DNA of 64,000 nucleotides from Octopus sinensis (Eukaryota). The stretch covers positions 55,118,001 to 55,182,000 of the forward strand of contig NC_043012.1 of NCBI RefSeq assembly GCF_006345805.1. The letters are read 5' to 3'. The translations under genes and the position numbers were made by a program. Position 1 is the stretch's first letter. The number at the start of each line of letters is the position of its first letter. Below the pieces are notes generated by a model that did no database searches, had not been told where the DNA came from, and saw only the letters and a program-made list of their open reading frames with translations. Positions 13,350 through 24,586 of the stretch are shown in pieces.

Positions 13350-14940
13350 CAAGCTCTCTCTATTCATCATCGTTCACAAACCCATAACAGAGAAGTTTAA
13401 GACCAGATGCCTATGGGAACTTCTATATGCTGATGACCTCATGCTTTTAGCTGAATTTGTTGTGGAATTAGAAAAGATATTTAAAGTGTGGAAGGAAAGT
13501 CTGGAATCAAAGGTCCCAAAGTTAACATAAGAAACACTAAGAGTTTAGTCGGCAAGAAAACAGACAGGACCTACTGCCATCAGGTAAATAGCCTTGCTCA
13601 ATACACGCAGGAAAGAAGTAGGGAGATATTCTATAAAGTGTACCCAGTGCAAACTAGACACTCAATGTGTGTAGTGGAATCACGGGCAAGTTAACAGAGA
13701 AAGTAGACTATGTATGTGGCAGAAGTGCAGGGGGAATAAATTCTAAAAAAAAGCACAGAATTCGTGGAGGTAGTTGATCATTTCTGTTATTTATATGATC
13801 TAATTAACAGTGGAGGAGGATGTTCTGAAAATATAGTAGCTGGAGTAAGAATAGGTTAGGGAAAGTTCAGAGAATTATTACCTCTGTTGGTAATGCTCTT
13901 GGAGTAAAAGGCAGACTGTATGATGCTAGTGTACACACAGTAATGCTACATGAACACAGAGAACTTGTGAAGACTAGAAAGAAAGGAAGCAAGCATGTTC
14001 TGCTGGATGTGCAATTGTAGTGTGCATGAACAACGAGGAGTACAAATATGCTCAGAGAAAAACTGAACAGAAGAAAAACTAGATATATATTCAAGCTACT
14101 CTGTGTTGTATACGAGTAGATGGGAGCTAACAGGGTGGATCTTCTTAAGCACTGCCTATTTGGTCCATTGTCATCCCTGAGAAGTTCAACATCCTGAGAT
14201 CAGCATTCACTTCATCCCATGTTTTCCTAGTTCTCCTTCTTCCACAAACCATATCAACTGAAAGCAATTTGCACATCTTTATTTGGCTGCTTTCATCCAT
14301 ATGCACCACATACCTATATCAATACAGTCTTCTGTCTTGAATAAAGCTAATTTCCCTTAGGCTCACCCATCCCTATCACCTCTCCCTTCCACTCCTATTT
14401 ACCATTGACCAACATACACCCCTCTCATTCACCATTCTCTACATTCACCATATTTCTATTTCTAACAATCTCCTACTCTTCTCCTATACTCTTGCAACCT
14501 TTATCCATCCACCCTTCCTGATATTCCACCTCCATGCTCTCTTCTTTTCACCTTCTTGTACCTTGAAGATATGCTGTGGCACTCTATTACCACTACTGTC
14601 TTTATCTCTCTTCCACACTCCACCCTATTAACTCCCATCTACTCATATAATGCAGAGTAGTCGTGTATCACCCCTACAGCAAGAAACCTATTCCTGGTCT
14701 TCCTGACATACTTTAAACTCTCAAGACCTTGTTTAAAGCCGCTGCCTTTTCTTAGTTGAGGGGTGGGTCTTTAGTCTTGAAAATTACATGATGATCACAC
14801 TAGTGCAGATGCCAAGGACAATGCATCCCACGGCTGACATTAGAAAGGGTATCCAGCCATAAAAACCAAATAAAAACTGAGACACTAGAGCAAGACAAGG
14901 TTCTCAGTCCTGCCATATCCTGTTGCACCATATCCAGTGG
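13350..14940 (+). mobile_element. Older RTE LINE remnant of the same family, with an inverted internal segment
   Basis: CTATATGCTGATGACC (LYADD) at ~13425; collinear with the 41498 copy; C-terminal segment on the minus strand at ~14100-14365; C/T-rich UTR and GAAAGGGTATCCAGC module follow. Confidence 0.8.
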
Positions 14941-15168
14941 TATATCTTATGGGGGAACAAAGGGGGTGATTACTTCTATCTCAAGCACATTTTTTTGAAA
15001 TTGGTGCCTTTTATAAAATGTATCATCAATGAGTTAAATATTGCTTGGTATGTGTCACAGCACCCTTTTTTTTATGTGCTTGCTCCCCCAGATTTTAGAA
15101 CCTGCCTACACAACCTGACCACATCCAGCCCCAGCAAGCGTGGAGTGTGGGCATAAAATGATGCTGAT

Positions 15169-15203
<35 letters not shown>

Positions 15204-15562
15204 TCATCCTCATTTTAACAAACGCAGATTTTTTCTATGGGCTGATGACCTTACTGATTCCAGGCTTCACCTGTTTTCAAGCAAGGTAAATATTTCCACA
15301 TGGCCAGACATGTTTCTACAGAATATTGGAAATGAATGACACTGCCTGCATGACAGGGACATTCGTTTACAACTACCACGTGATATCAAGACCTGGAGAC
15401 ACACACACACACACAACCAAATCCACTCACAAGGCTTTGGTCAGCTGTGGGCTATAGCAGAAGACACTAGCCCTAGATGCCACATAACAGGACTGAACCT
15501 AAAATCCTGTGATTGGGAAGCAAACTTCTTAACCACACACCCACCTCTCTCTCTCTCCCTCA

Positions 15563-15660
15563 ATATATATATATATATATATATATATCATCATCATCGT
15601 TTAAAACGGACGCTAAACGATGATGATGATGATGATGATGATATATATAGATATATATAT
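15563..15660. repeat. Near-perfect palindrome (AT)n-(CAT)n-CGTTTA / TAAACG-(ATG)n-(AT)n
   Basis: CATCATCATCGTTTA is the exact reverse complement of TAAACGATGATGATG; 10-nt loop AAACGGACGC. Confidence 0.9.
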
Positions 15661-15963
15661 CCCATCATGGACACAGCATACTTACTGAAATTAGTAAGAG
15701 AATATATCACTACAGACCCTGCAATAAAACTCATACCCAAATATATATACAGAGGAGAATAAACTAAGATACATCAAGTCTAAATGAAACTGAACTTGAA
15801 AAATTGTTCAGCAGTTCAGAGTATTAACAACAAAAATATGTTAAAGATAAGAAACAGAGCAATAAACATTAGTCAGAGACAACAGTTCTTTTTCACAGAT
15901 GACTCAAGAACAAAAAAAAAAAAAGAAATGTAAAGAAAGAAAGAAAAAAAAATCTCAACATAC

Positions 15964-16114
15964 TTCTTTTTCTTCAGGTGGGGCATTTACGGTCTGTTTC
16001 AAACGGAACTGCACCTGAGCAAAATGAGTAGTTAAAGCCTGCAAGTAGGAGTTGAGTTGTTCTTGTTGTTCTTCCAGCTGTCGCAGTTGCTCTGATTCAG
16101 TTAGCATGACACCA
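15964..16114 (-). CDS. RUNDC1: RUNDC1 coding exon: GVMLTESEQLRQLEEQQEQLNSYLQALTTHFAQVQFRLKQTVNAPPEEKE
   Basis: attctttcag acceptor, GAA|gtatgt donor, 151 nt (phase 2 to 0), hallmark HFAQVQFRL motif. Confidence 0.95.
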
Positions 16115-16718
16115 CTGAAAGAATAAATAAATACAACACAAGCTGTTCTGTGAATTTAGCTGAAATACTAAAAAACAAATCAATTCTCATTCAGCTGAGT
16201 TAAGTTGTCAAAATATTAAGTTACTTCCAGTGTGTGTGTGTGAGTGTGTGTGTTCAATATGGTTTTAGTGTATTTAGAACATTAGTTCGTGTGGAGAAGA
16301 GAGTTTGGGTTTTAGCAGAGTTGGCTAGGATTTTTGTTAGTCTTGAGTGAGATGGGGGAAAGAAAGTTATCAGGAATACATAAATAAGGGTTAAAAGAAT
16401 TAATTGTATTTCGTTCTTACAACAGAAAAGTTCTTGAACACTTGAGAGAAATCAATAGAATAATGAATTAAAAACAGGTAACTAAAATATGAGAGAGAGA
16501 GTGTAAGCAAGTATGAACAAGAATGTGAGAGAGTGTCTATTAGTTTGCCTTTTTAAGTCATTGCCAGTCTGTCTGGCTGCCCATCTGTCTATCCATCTAT
16601 TTGTCCAGTAGTCTAACCATTTGTCTATCGATCTGTCTGCCTGTTTGCCCATCTGTCAACTTGTGTCTATTTGTCTTTCTCTCTGTCTCTCTCTCTCTCT
16701 ACCAATGTATCAGTATGT

Positions 16719-17133
16719 CTCTTTACTCTTTACTCTTTTACTTGTTTCAGTCATTTGACTGCGGCCATGCTGGAGCACCGCCTTTAATCGAGCAACTCGA
16801 CACCGGGACTTATTGTTTTTGTAAGCCCAGTACTTATTCTATCGGTCTCTTTTGCCAAACCGCTAAGTGACGGGGACGTAAACACACCAGCATCGGTTGT
16901 CAAGCAATGCTAGGGTGACAAACACAGACACACAAACACACACACGCATATATATATATACATATATATGACGGGCTTCTTTCAGTTTCCGTCTACCAAA
17001 TCCACTCACAAGGCTTTGGTCGGCCCGAGGCTATAGTAGAAGACACTTGCCCAAGGTGCCACGCAGTGGGACTGAACCCGGAACCATGTGGTTGGTAAAC
17101 AAGCTACTTACCACACATCCACTCCTGCGCCTA
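16719..17133 (-). mobile_element. SINE family 1 copy (young)
   Basis: Reverse complement, near consensus. Confidence 0.85.
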
Positions 17134-17958
17134 TCTGTTTATATTTCCAGCTATCTATTCATCTACTTAGCCGACCTATCTATCTATCAATCTATAATAA
17201 TTATCTACATATCTACCTCCATATCAATCCACCTATCAATCAGATATTTAAAAAATATAAATAATGCTGTTATTCCATTTTGTTAGTATCTCAGTTTAAA
17301 AGAACAAACTAAATCCTAGATATTCCTACAGATTTCGCTTCCTATTTGCAGAAGCACCTGTTTGCATCATGCACATCATTTCACATCTATGTGAAACTAA
17401 TATGTTCATCAAACAGTTGATTTCTTTCTGGTTTCTCTAAGGATTCACTATCAAAACAATCTTCTTCGCCTCATCTCACTATGCATCTAATACAAATTAT
17501 TAACCACCTACATGCTTTCGGAAACAGAGCTGGTTTTTGGCAGATAGGCGAATAGAATAAGAGACATAAAAATCTCCTCTCCTATGATCATATCACTCTA
17601 AACCCACCTGCTTCCTGTCGGACCAATATTCATACTCTCCCCATTTTCCACAATCTTGGTCATCACTCCTGCTCTTGGTCATGTTTACCTTGGAAATAGT
17701 CTTTATTATCTTCAGTATAAACATATTGTGTTGAGGAAGGGCAGACACCTTAGCCTTGCAGGTAACAAGGCAACTTCTTTAGCGTTGGTACCATGCCAAA
17801 TTGCATTTAAATAACACTGCATAAGTGCTTAGTGTTAAGAACGTCATCCAACTTTCGACCCCCTTGCATTTAAACTGGCCATATCCGGCCAAAATATTCT
17901 ACCTGTTTTATGGTCAAATCTGCTACATTCTGGCCTCTCGCACCTCTGCTTTTAATGT

Positions 17959-18360
17959 TACTCTTTTTTACTGTTTACTCTTTTACCTATTTCAATCATT
18001 TGACTGTGGCCATGCTGGAGCACCACCTTTAGTCGAGCAAATCGACCCCAGGACTTATTCTTTGTAAGCCTAGTACTTATTCTATTGGCCTCTTTTGCCG
18101 AACTGCTAAGTTACGGGGACGTAAACACACCAGCATTGGTTGTCAAGAGATGTTGGGGGGACAAACATATACACACACATACATATACATATATATGACG
18201 GGTTTCTTTCAGCTTCCGTCTACCAAATCCACTCACAATGCTTTGGTCGGCCTGAGGCTATAGTAGAAGACACTCGCCCAAGGTGCCACAAAGTGGGACT
18301 TAACCCGGAACCATGTGGCTGGTAAGCAAGCCACTTACGACACAGCCACTCCTACGCCTA
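17959..18360 (-). mobile_element. SINE family 1 copy inserted into a TTAA-type MITE
   Basis: MITE halves at ~17860-17958 and ~18361-18484. Confidence 0.8.
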
Positions 18361-19018
18361 TTCTAAAAATAAGCAATAACATCACGAAACACTCAAAACT
18401 ACAAGATAATGCACGATTAATTCAAAACAATGTGAATAAATAAGCATTACATCTGATAGAGAAATCTGAATGCTAAAAGGTTAAACCATGCCATATGGAA
18501 CATATAAGCAATGGTGTGGTCCCCAAACTATTCTAGATGAGCACTAACTTTGAGTAACTGACTTGGGCTATGATGACCCATCCAGTCCCCACCAGAATGG
18601 AAAGTGGGGGTAAATGTTGACAATGGTAATGAATGTAATGGACAGTTTAGCTGAACCTGATGGAAGCATCATCAAATAATATAATGCAGGCATAGCTTGT
18701 GAGCAGGATTAATCATGTAGTTAAGAAGTTTAATCCACGATTACATGGATTCTAGGTTTGAGTCCAGTGTGAGTCACATTGGGCAAATGTTTTCTGTTAT
18801 GGTCCTGGGTTGACTCAAGACTTTTAAGTGAAATTTAGTAGACAGAAACTATGAGGAAGCCCTCTGGATGTAATGTACCTGTTCTTGTGTGACATAATCT
18901 GTCATCTGATTTGATGTCACAACTTGTCCTATGGATGCTTTTAGTGGAGTCCTCTCTATTGCAAACATTTGACCCAAGTCTCCAGCCTGAAGAGGGAAAC
19001 TCAATAAACTGAAACAAG

Positions 19019-19320
19019 TTGGGCAAGTGTCTTCTACTATAGCCTCGGGCTGACCAAAGCCTTGTGAGTGGATTCGGTAGATGGAAACTGAAAGAAGCTC
19101 GTCGTATATATGTATATATATGTGTGTGAGTATATGTTTGTGTGTCTGTGTTTGTCCCCCCAACATCGCTTGACAACTGATGCCGGTATGTTTATGCCCC
19201 CGTAACTTAGCAGTTCAGCAAAAGAGACTGATAGAATAAGTACTAGACTTACAAAGAATAAGTCCTGGGGTTGATTTGCTCGACTAAAGGCAGTGCTCCA
19301 GCATGGCCACAGTCAAATGA
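19019..19320 (+). mobile_element. SINE family 1 copy (truncated at both ends)
   Basis: Starts at TTGGGCAAGTGTC, ends at GTCAAATGA. Confidence 0.8.
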
Positions 19321-22307
19321 CTTCTTGCAATATCAAGAAGTCGTCTTGCTTTCCTGTTTTCCCTTTTCAACAGTCTTTATAGCCTCAAACTGTGAACCTA
19401 ACCTAAGTGCTTGTAACAGAGTGGACTCTTCTAAAGGAACTCAAGTTGCCAGATGGTGATATTGAACCAATTGACAGACTAACTCTACTGCTACCGAAGT
19501 AGGCCATGAAGGAATTTGAACAAAGAGCACAAAAGTGAGTGCCAGCGGATACTGCTATGTCAGGTGACAGATCCAATGTACCACCCCAGTAGGCCATGGT
19601 TAAATTTGAACTCAGAACGTAAAGAACTAGAACAAATACTGCAAGGCATCCAGTCTGATACTCTTACCATTCTACCAATCCACTGTCATGGACTGGTACT
19701 TTATTTACCAATGGCAAAAGGAGGAGAAGCAAAGTGGACCTTGGCAGGAATTGAACTCAGATAGCTGAATGTCAGAACAAACACTATGAGGTATTCAATC
19801 CGACACTCTAATTACTTAGCTAAATGATAGCTTTAGATAATTCAATTAGTAAACACGTAGGTACAGGTGTAGCTGTGTGGTTAAGAAGTTTGCTTCCCAA
19901 CTACATGGTTTCGGGTTCAGTCCCACTGTGTGGCACCTTAAGCAAATGTCTTCTACTGTACAGCTCCAAACTGACCAAAACCTTGTGAGTAGATTTAGTA
20001 GATGGAAACTGAAAGAAGTTCATTGTGTGAGTCTTTATGTGTGTGTGTGCATGCATAATATATGTGTGTGCGTAAGTGAGTGTATGTATGTTTGTCTCCT
20101 TGTTTTGACATCACATCATCATCATCATCATTTAATGTCCGCTTTCCATGCGAGCATGGGTTGGACGATTTGACTGAGGTCTGGCAAACCAGACTCCAAT
20201 CTGATCTGGCAGAGTTTCTACAGCTGGATGCCCTTCCTAATGCCAAACACTCCGAGAGTGTAGTGGGTGCTTTTACGTGCCACCGGCATGAGGGCCAGTT
20301 TGGTGGTACTGGCAATGGCCACACCCAAATGGTGCTTTTTACGTGCCACCTGCACAGGAGCCAGTCCAGTGGCACTGGCGATGACCTCGCTCGAATATTT
20401 CACATGCCACCAGCACAAGTGCTAGTAAGGCGACGCGGTAACGATCACATGGTAGTGATAAATAAATGTTGTTATAATACAAGCAGTGTCATTCATTTCC
20501 AGTCTTCTATGAAAATATGTCAAGCTATCTCCACAGGGGAAATATTTCATTCCTGGGAAACAAGTGAGAGTCGGTGAGAGTAAGAGCAAACTGCTCGTAG
20601 AAAATTTGCCTTAATAAACAGCTTTGGCTGACCCGTGCAAGCATGGAAAAGTGGATGTTAAAACACTGATGATGATGATGATAATGATGATGCTCTTTGT
20701 TGGATTTTATTCCATTAGAATTTTCTCTTTTTATAGAACGAGAAATCTATTAGTTTTAGGAAATGCATTTAAATAATGAAACATTGAAATAAAAACTAAC
20801 AACTTTCTGTTTGATTCTTAAAGCTAAATATGACAAGCTGTATACTGTCAGTGGAACAAACTTCAGACTTTATAGCAGTGGTTGTAATGGTGACGGTTGG
20901 ACATGTCTGATTGCATTCCTGAAGGATCAACACCAAGACATCTACAACTATTTAAATGGAGAAAAAAAAAAATCAATGTTTTCTAAGTTTAGCTCAGTGG
21001 GAGACACCATGACATGAAGGGTATGAATGGCAGGACATTGGCCTATCATAGATAACATCTCTAGAATGATCTGGTAATTGTATCAAGAAGATAGCAAAAC
21101 TGATGTCTGCAGCACAAAGTACATTAAAGCTCAGAAATTCAACAGAAATAAGAACAGATAGAGCAGGATGCGAATTCTTAAGCTTGGAATTGGTAAAACA
21201 ATGATGATGATAGAAAGTACTTAACAGCTATTTAAAAGAAATTAATTAGCAAAGCAGAAGCAGTGTCAGTCTTTCTAGTTAGCTATTTGATGTCCATGAT
21301 TTAATCATATTAATTATAACTTGGCTGGGAGTATCTTAATGCCAGACCGTTTTTTACCATATCCTTCTAAACTATATCTTGACCTATTAAAAGAAACAAA
21401 CATCTAAATAAAATATTATAAGAGATATTAAACAACAACAACCATGAAAGTAAAAAGGTGAAAAAGGTTTAGTTATTCTAAAGATATGGTAAAACTTTGA
21501 ATGAGAATCTCTCTCACTGATAACCTTTTAAAATGCAGTAAGATAAATGTCAAGATTATGTGAGATCTAAAAGTTGGTTCACAGCATCTTTAATGTTGAT
21601 AATATTCATTTACATAAAAAAAAATGCCAGAGGTGTGTGTGTGAGGGGGCAACAGTGTGGAAGTTCATCAAATGTGTGTGTATGTGTATTTGCCCACCCC
21701 ACCCCATGGCTTGACAACTGGTGTTGGATTGCCCTCATAACTTAGCAGTTCAAGCAAAAGAACCCGATAGAATAAGTAATTTGCTAACACTACAGAATTA
21801 GGAACTAAATTAGTGGTGCACACACACACACACACACACACACATACAGTGTGTGTGTGTCTCTCTCTTTCTCTCTGTCTATTCTGTTCCTGCATCCGAC
21901 CCAAACATATATCTCTTCTCACTGTTACTACCCTACAGCTCGCATCCCTGCAGCCTCCTCAACCTGTGCACTATCTCCCTTCAATCTCTTCCCTCTTACA
22001 CTCTTGTAAACCCCCACTATCCCCACCCACAACTGCTCCTCTGCCTGAGGTGACACCTGGACATCTCATCACCACTGTCTGTCTCTTTGGGGATACCTCT
22101 AATTCATTCTCTTTCTCTCTCCCCTAAATGTGAGTAGCCATGTAGCTTCTCTACAACAAGAACCTGCTCTACCCCAACCTCTTTTCTCATACTTTAACAT
22201 ACAGATGCAGCCCGCACCCTCCTTGGGTTTGTTAATCCACAAGCTACATTGTGGCCTCAATAGCACTGATGGCATGTAAAAAAGCACCCAGTACACACTG
22301 TAAACTA

Positions 22308-23557
22308 TCAGGTCATTAAGAATGAAATGTCTGATTTGCTCATGCACCAGGTTTGACAGTCGTTAACGCTAATGTTTTATCCTAAAAATTGTTTGTTTTA
22401 CAACATTGAAGAGTTACATCATCACTTTTCGAAATGCAATTCATGGTGTCTGATTATATTGTGAGTCTTTTCTTGTAAATCAATTTTTGTGAACCCATGG
22501 CTAGATTGAAAAAATTTGTGTTGTTTATGAATATGAGTTCTTTTGTGGAACCAATGCATCTCAGACAGCTCAAAACATCAATGAGGTGTTTGGTGAAGAT
22601 GTGGCGAATGAGCACACTGTATGTTGATGGTTTGAGAAGTTTCGGTCTGGTGATTGTACTCTTGAAAATCAGTCCAGTGGTAGACTGGACACCAAGGTGG
22701 ATAATGATGAGCTGGAAACGGTAGTGGAAGTGGATACATCTCAAACTACTTTGGTTCCAACTTTACTGGACTATCTGAAACAAATCGGCAAAGTAAAGAA
22801 GCTGGACAAGTGGGTACCACATGAACTGAACGAGCATCAAATGACATATCATCTTGGAACTTGCTGTCATGGCATAAAAGCGAACCATTTTGGCATTGTA
22901 TTGTTATGTGTGATGAAAAATGGATTCTTTTCAACAATAGCAAGCATTCTGCACGATGGTTGGATAGAAACAAAATGCCAAAACACAATCCAAAAAAGAA
23001 TATTCACCAAAAAAAGCTAATGGAGCCTGTTTGGTGGTCCAGCACTGGTCTCATCCACTACACCTTTATGAGACCTGGTAGGTCAATTACAGCAGATGTA
23101 TACATCAACCAACTGGACGAAATGATGAATGAACTTGCAATTAAACAACTGAGATTGGTCAATAGAGATAGGCCAATTCTCTTGCAAGACAATGCTCGAC
23201 CACATGTTGCACAAAGAAAGCTACTCAAGTTACAGGAACTGAACTTGGAAGTACTCTGTCACCCACCATATTCACCAGACCTTGCAATAACTGACTATCA
23301 CATTTTCCAGGCATTAGACAACTTTTTGCAAGGAAAAAATTTCAAATCTGAAGAAGATGCAAAAAGAGCCTTTCGTGATTTCATCACCCCTTGCTCTCCA
23401 GAATTCTTCACGGCTGGCATAAATAAGCTACCAATAAAATGGCAAAATTGTGTTGATAATTTAAGGGGTTACTTTGAATAACAGCATTGCTTTTTGTTGA
23501 GATAAAGTAAAATAAACTTCCAGTTCAAAATCAGACATTACATGTTTAATAACCTGA
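22308..23557 (+). mobile_element. Mariner DNA transposon (Hsmar1/cecropia-like), near full length, defective
   Basis: Imperfect ~30-bp TIRs (TCAGGTCATTAAGAATGAAATGTCTGATTT / AAATCAGACATTACATGTTTAATAACCTGA), TA duplication on both sides, ~1.25 kb length, transposase remnant inside. Confidence 0.95.
22497..23481 (+). pseudogene. Mariner DD34D transposase pseudogene (frameshifts, stop codon, internal deletion)
   Basis: WVPHEL, CDEKW, QDNARPH and HPPYSPDLAITDY motifs; 34 residues counted between the 2nd and 3rd catalytic D; N-terminal HTH region split across frames with a TGA. Confidence 0.95.
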
Positions 23558-23847
23558 TAGTTGGCATGAGGTGGGGCATCCAGCTGTAGAATCTATGCCA
23601 AAGCAGATGCTAGAGGACGATGCAGTCCTTGGATTCACTGGGTTCTTGTCAAACCGTCCAACCCACGCCAGCATGGAACATGGACATTAAATGATGACAA
23701 TGTGTGTGTATGTGCATTTGAAGATGAGTATGTGAGTGTTCCTCTGCCTTTTAGCACTGTGTGTGTATAGATACTTATAATTTCTGAATCTGTGACAACA
23801 ATAAACCTGATATCATTTCTACGCAAATGTTCATATCTCTAGGTTAC

Positions 23848-23874
23848 CCTGGTAGTCTGAGTGATTGTTCAGTT
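23848..23874 (-). CDS. RUNDC1: Candidate 27-nt alternative microexon of RUNDC1 (adds TEQSLRLPG)
   Basis: ttttttcgcttcttctttgcaatgcaag|AACTGAACAATCACTCAGACTACCAGG|gtaacc; phase 2 to phase 2 matches the flanking exons; no stop codon; ~135-nt AG-free zone upstream. No transcript evidence. Confidence 0.55.
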
Positions 23875-23978
23875 CTTGCATTGCAAAGAAGAAGCGAAAA
23901 AAATAAAAAATCAGCAGGAAAATATTCAGTTGAAGATTAATTGTGGATGCGAGCACGTTGGTGACAATAGCAAAAGGT

Positions 23979-24009
<31 letters not shown>

Positions 24010-24466
24010 CTAAAAGCAAAGCAAAAGACAAGCCAAAAAACAATAACAACATGTCGATATAATCCACATTAGTAAGTATTAGCCAAATCACTTCTTTCTC
24101 AATAACAGTTTTTCAACAGACATAATTCTGATTCTCATTCTTGGTTTTTCGTTGTTGTTTCGATGAAATCTCCATAAACAATACAGTTTGCCATTTCTGT
24201 TAATTCATGTAAAACACTAATTCCTTATTGCTGTAATCAATATTCATCCTAGTTTGGCTCATGCAACAGTCTTGAAGTAGGTAGCATAAAAACAAAAACA
24301 AGGACTGTTCTTAGTTTGGGGACAAGATATGTGTGCGTGTGTATTCTTTTATTTTTTTTACTTATTTCAGTCATTAGACTGTGGCCATGCTGGAGCACCA
24401 CCTAAAAGTATTTTAGTGGAGCAAATTGACCCAAGTATTTTTTTTTCAAACCTGGTACTTATTCTA

Positions 24467-24586
24467 GTCCAGGCATACAGGCATCCAGCAACAGGACCTC
24501 TGTAATGCTATGATGGCCCATGAAGTCTGGTGCAGCATGGTAAATTCCATTGTCTCGACCACGGTCGAACAATGATGATGATGATG
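24467..24586 (+). mobile_element. 120-bp 5'-truncated RTEX-like insertion inside a SINE, 10-bp TSD ACTTATTCTA
   Basis: TSD at 24457-24466 and 24587-24596; same 3' end as 2300-2410 and 58690-58792. Confidence 0.85.

Larger units (their letters stand above)
21850..23700 (+). mobile_element. 5'-truncated RTE 3' end interrupted by the mariner
   Basis: C/T-rich UTR, then CAGTACACACTGTAAAC|TA-mariner-TA|GTTGGCATGAGGTGGGGCATCCAGCTGTAG...TTAAATGATGAC. Confidence 0.75.

Noticed and set aside
18987-19015. CTGAAGA…GAAAC hammerhead-like spacing
   Set aside because: The intervening sequence cannot form a closed stem II adjacent to GAAA, and no stem I or III is evident.
22861-23481. 206-aa ORF as a domesticated transposase (SETMAR-like) gene
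   Set aside because: It lies inside a TIR-bounded element with upstream frameshifts, a stop and a deletion, and is antisense to the host gene; no splice evidence.
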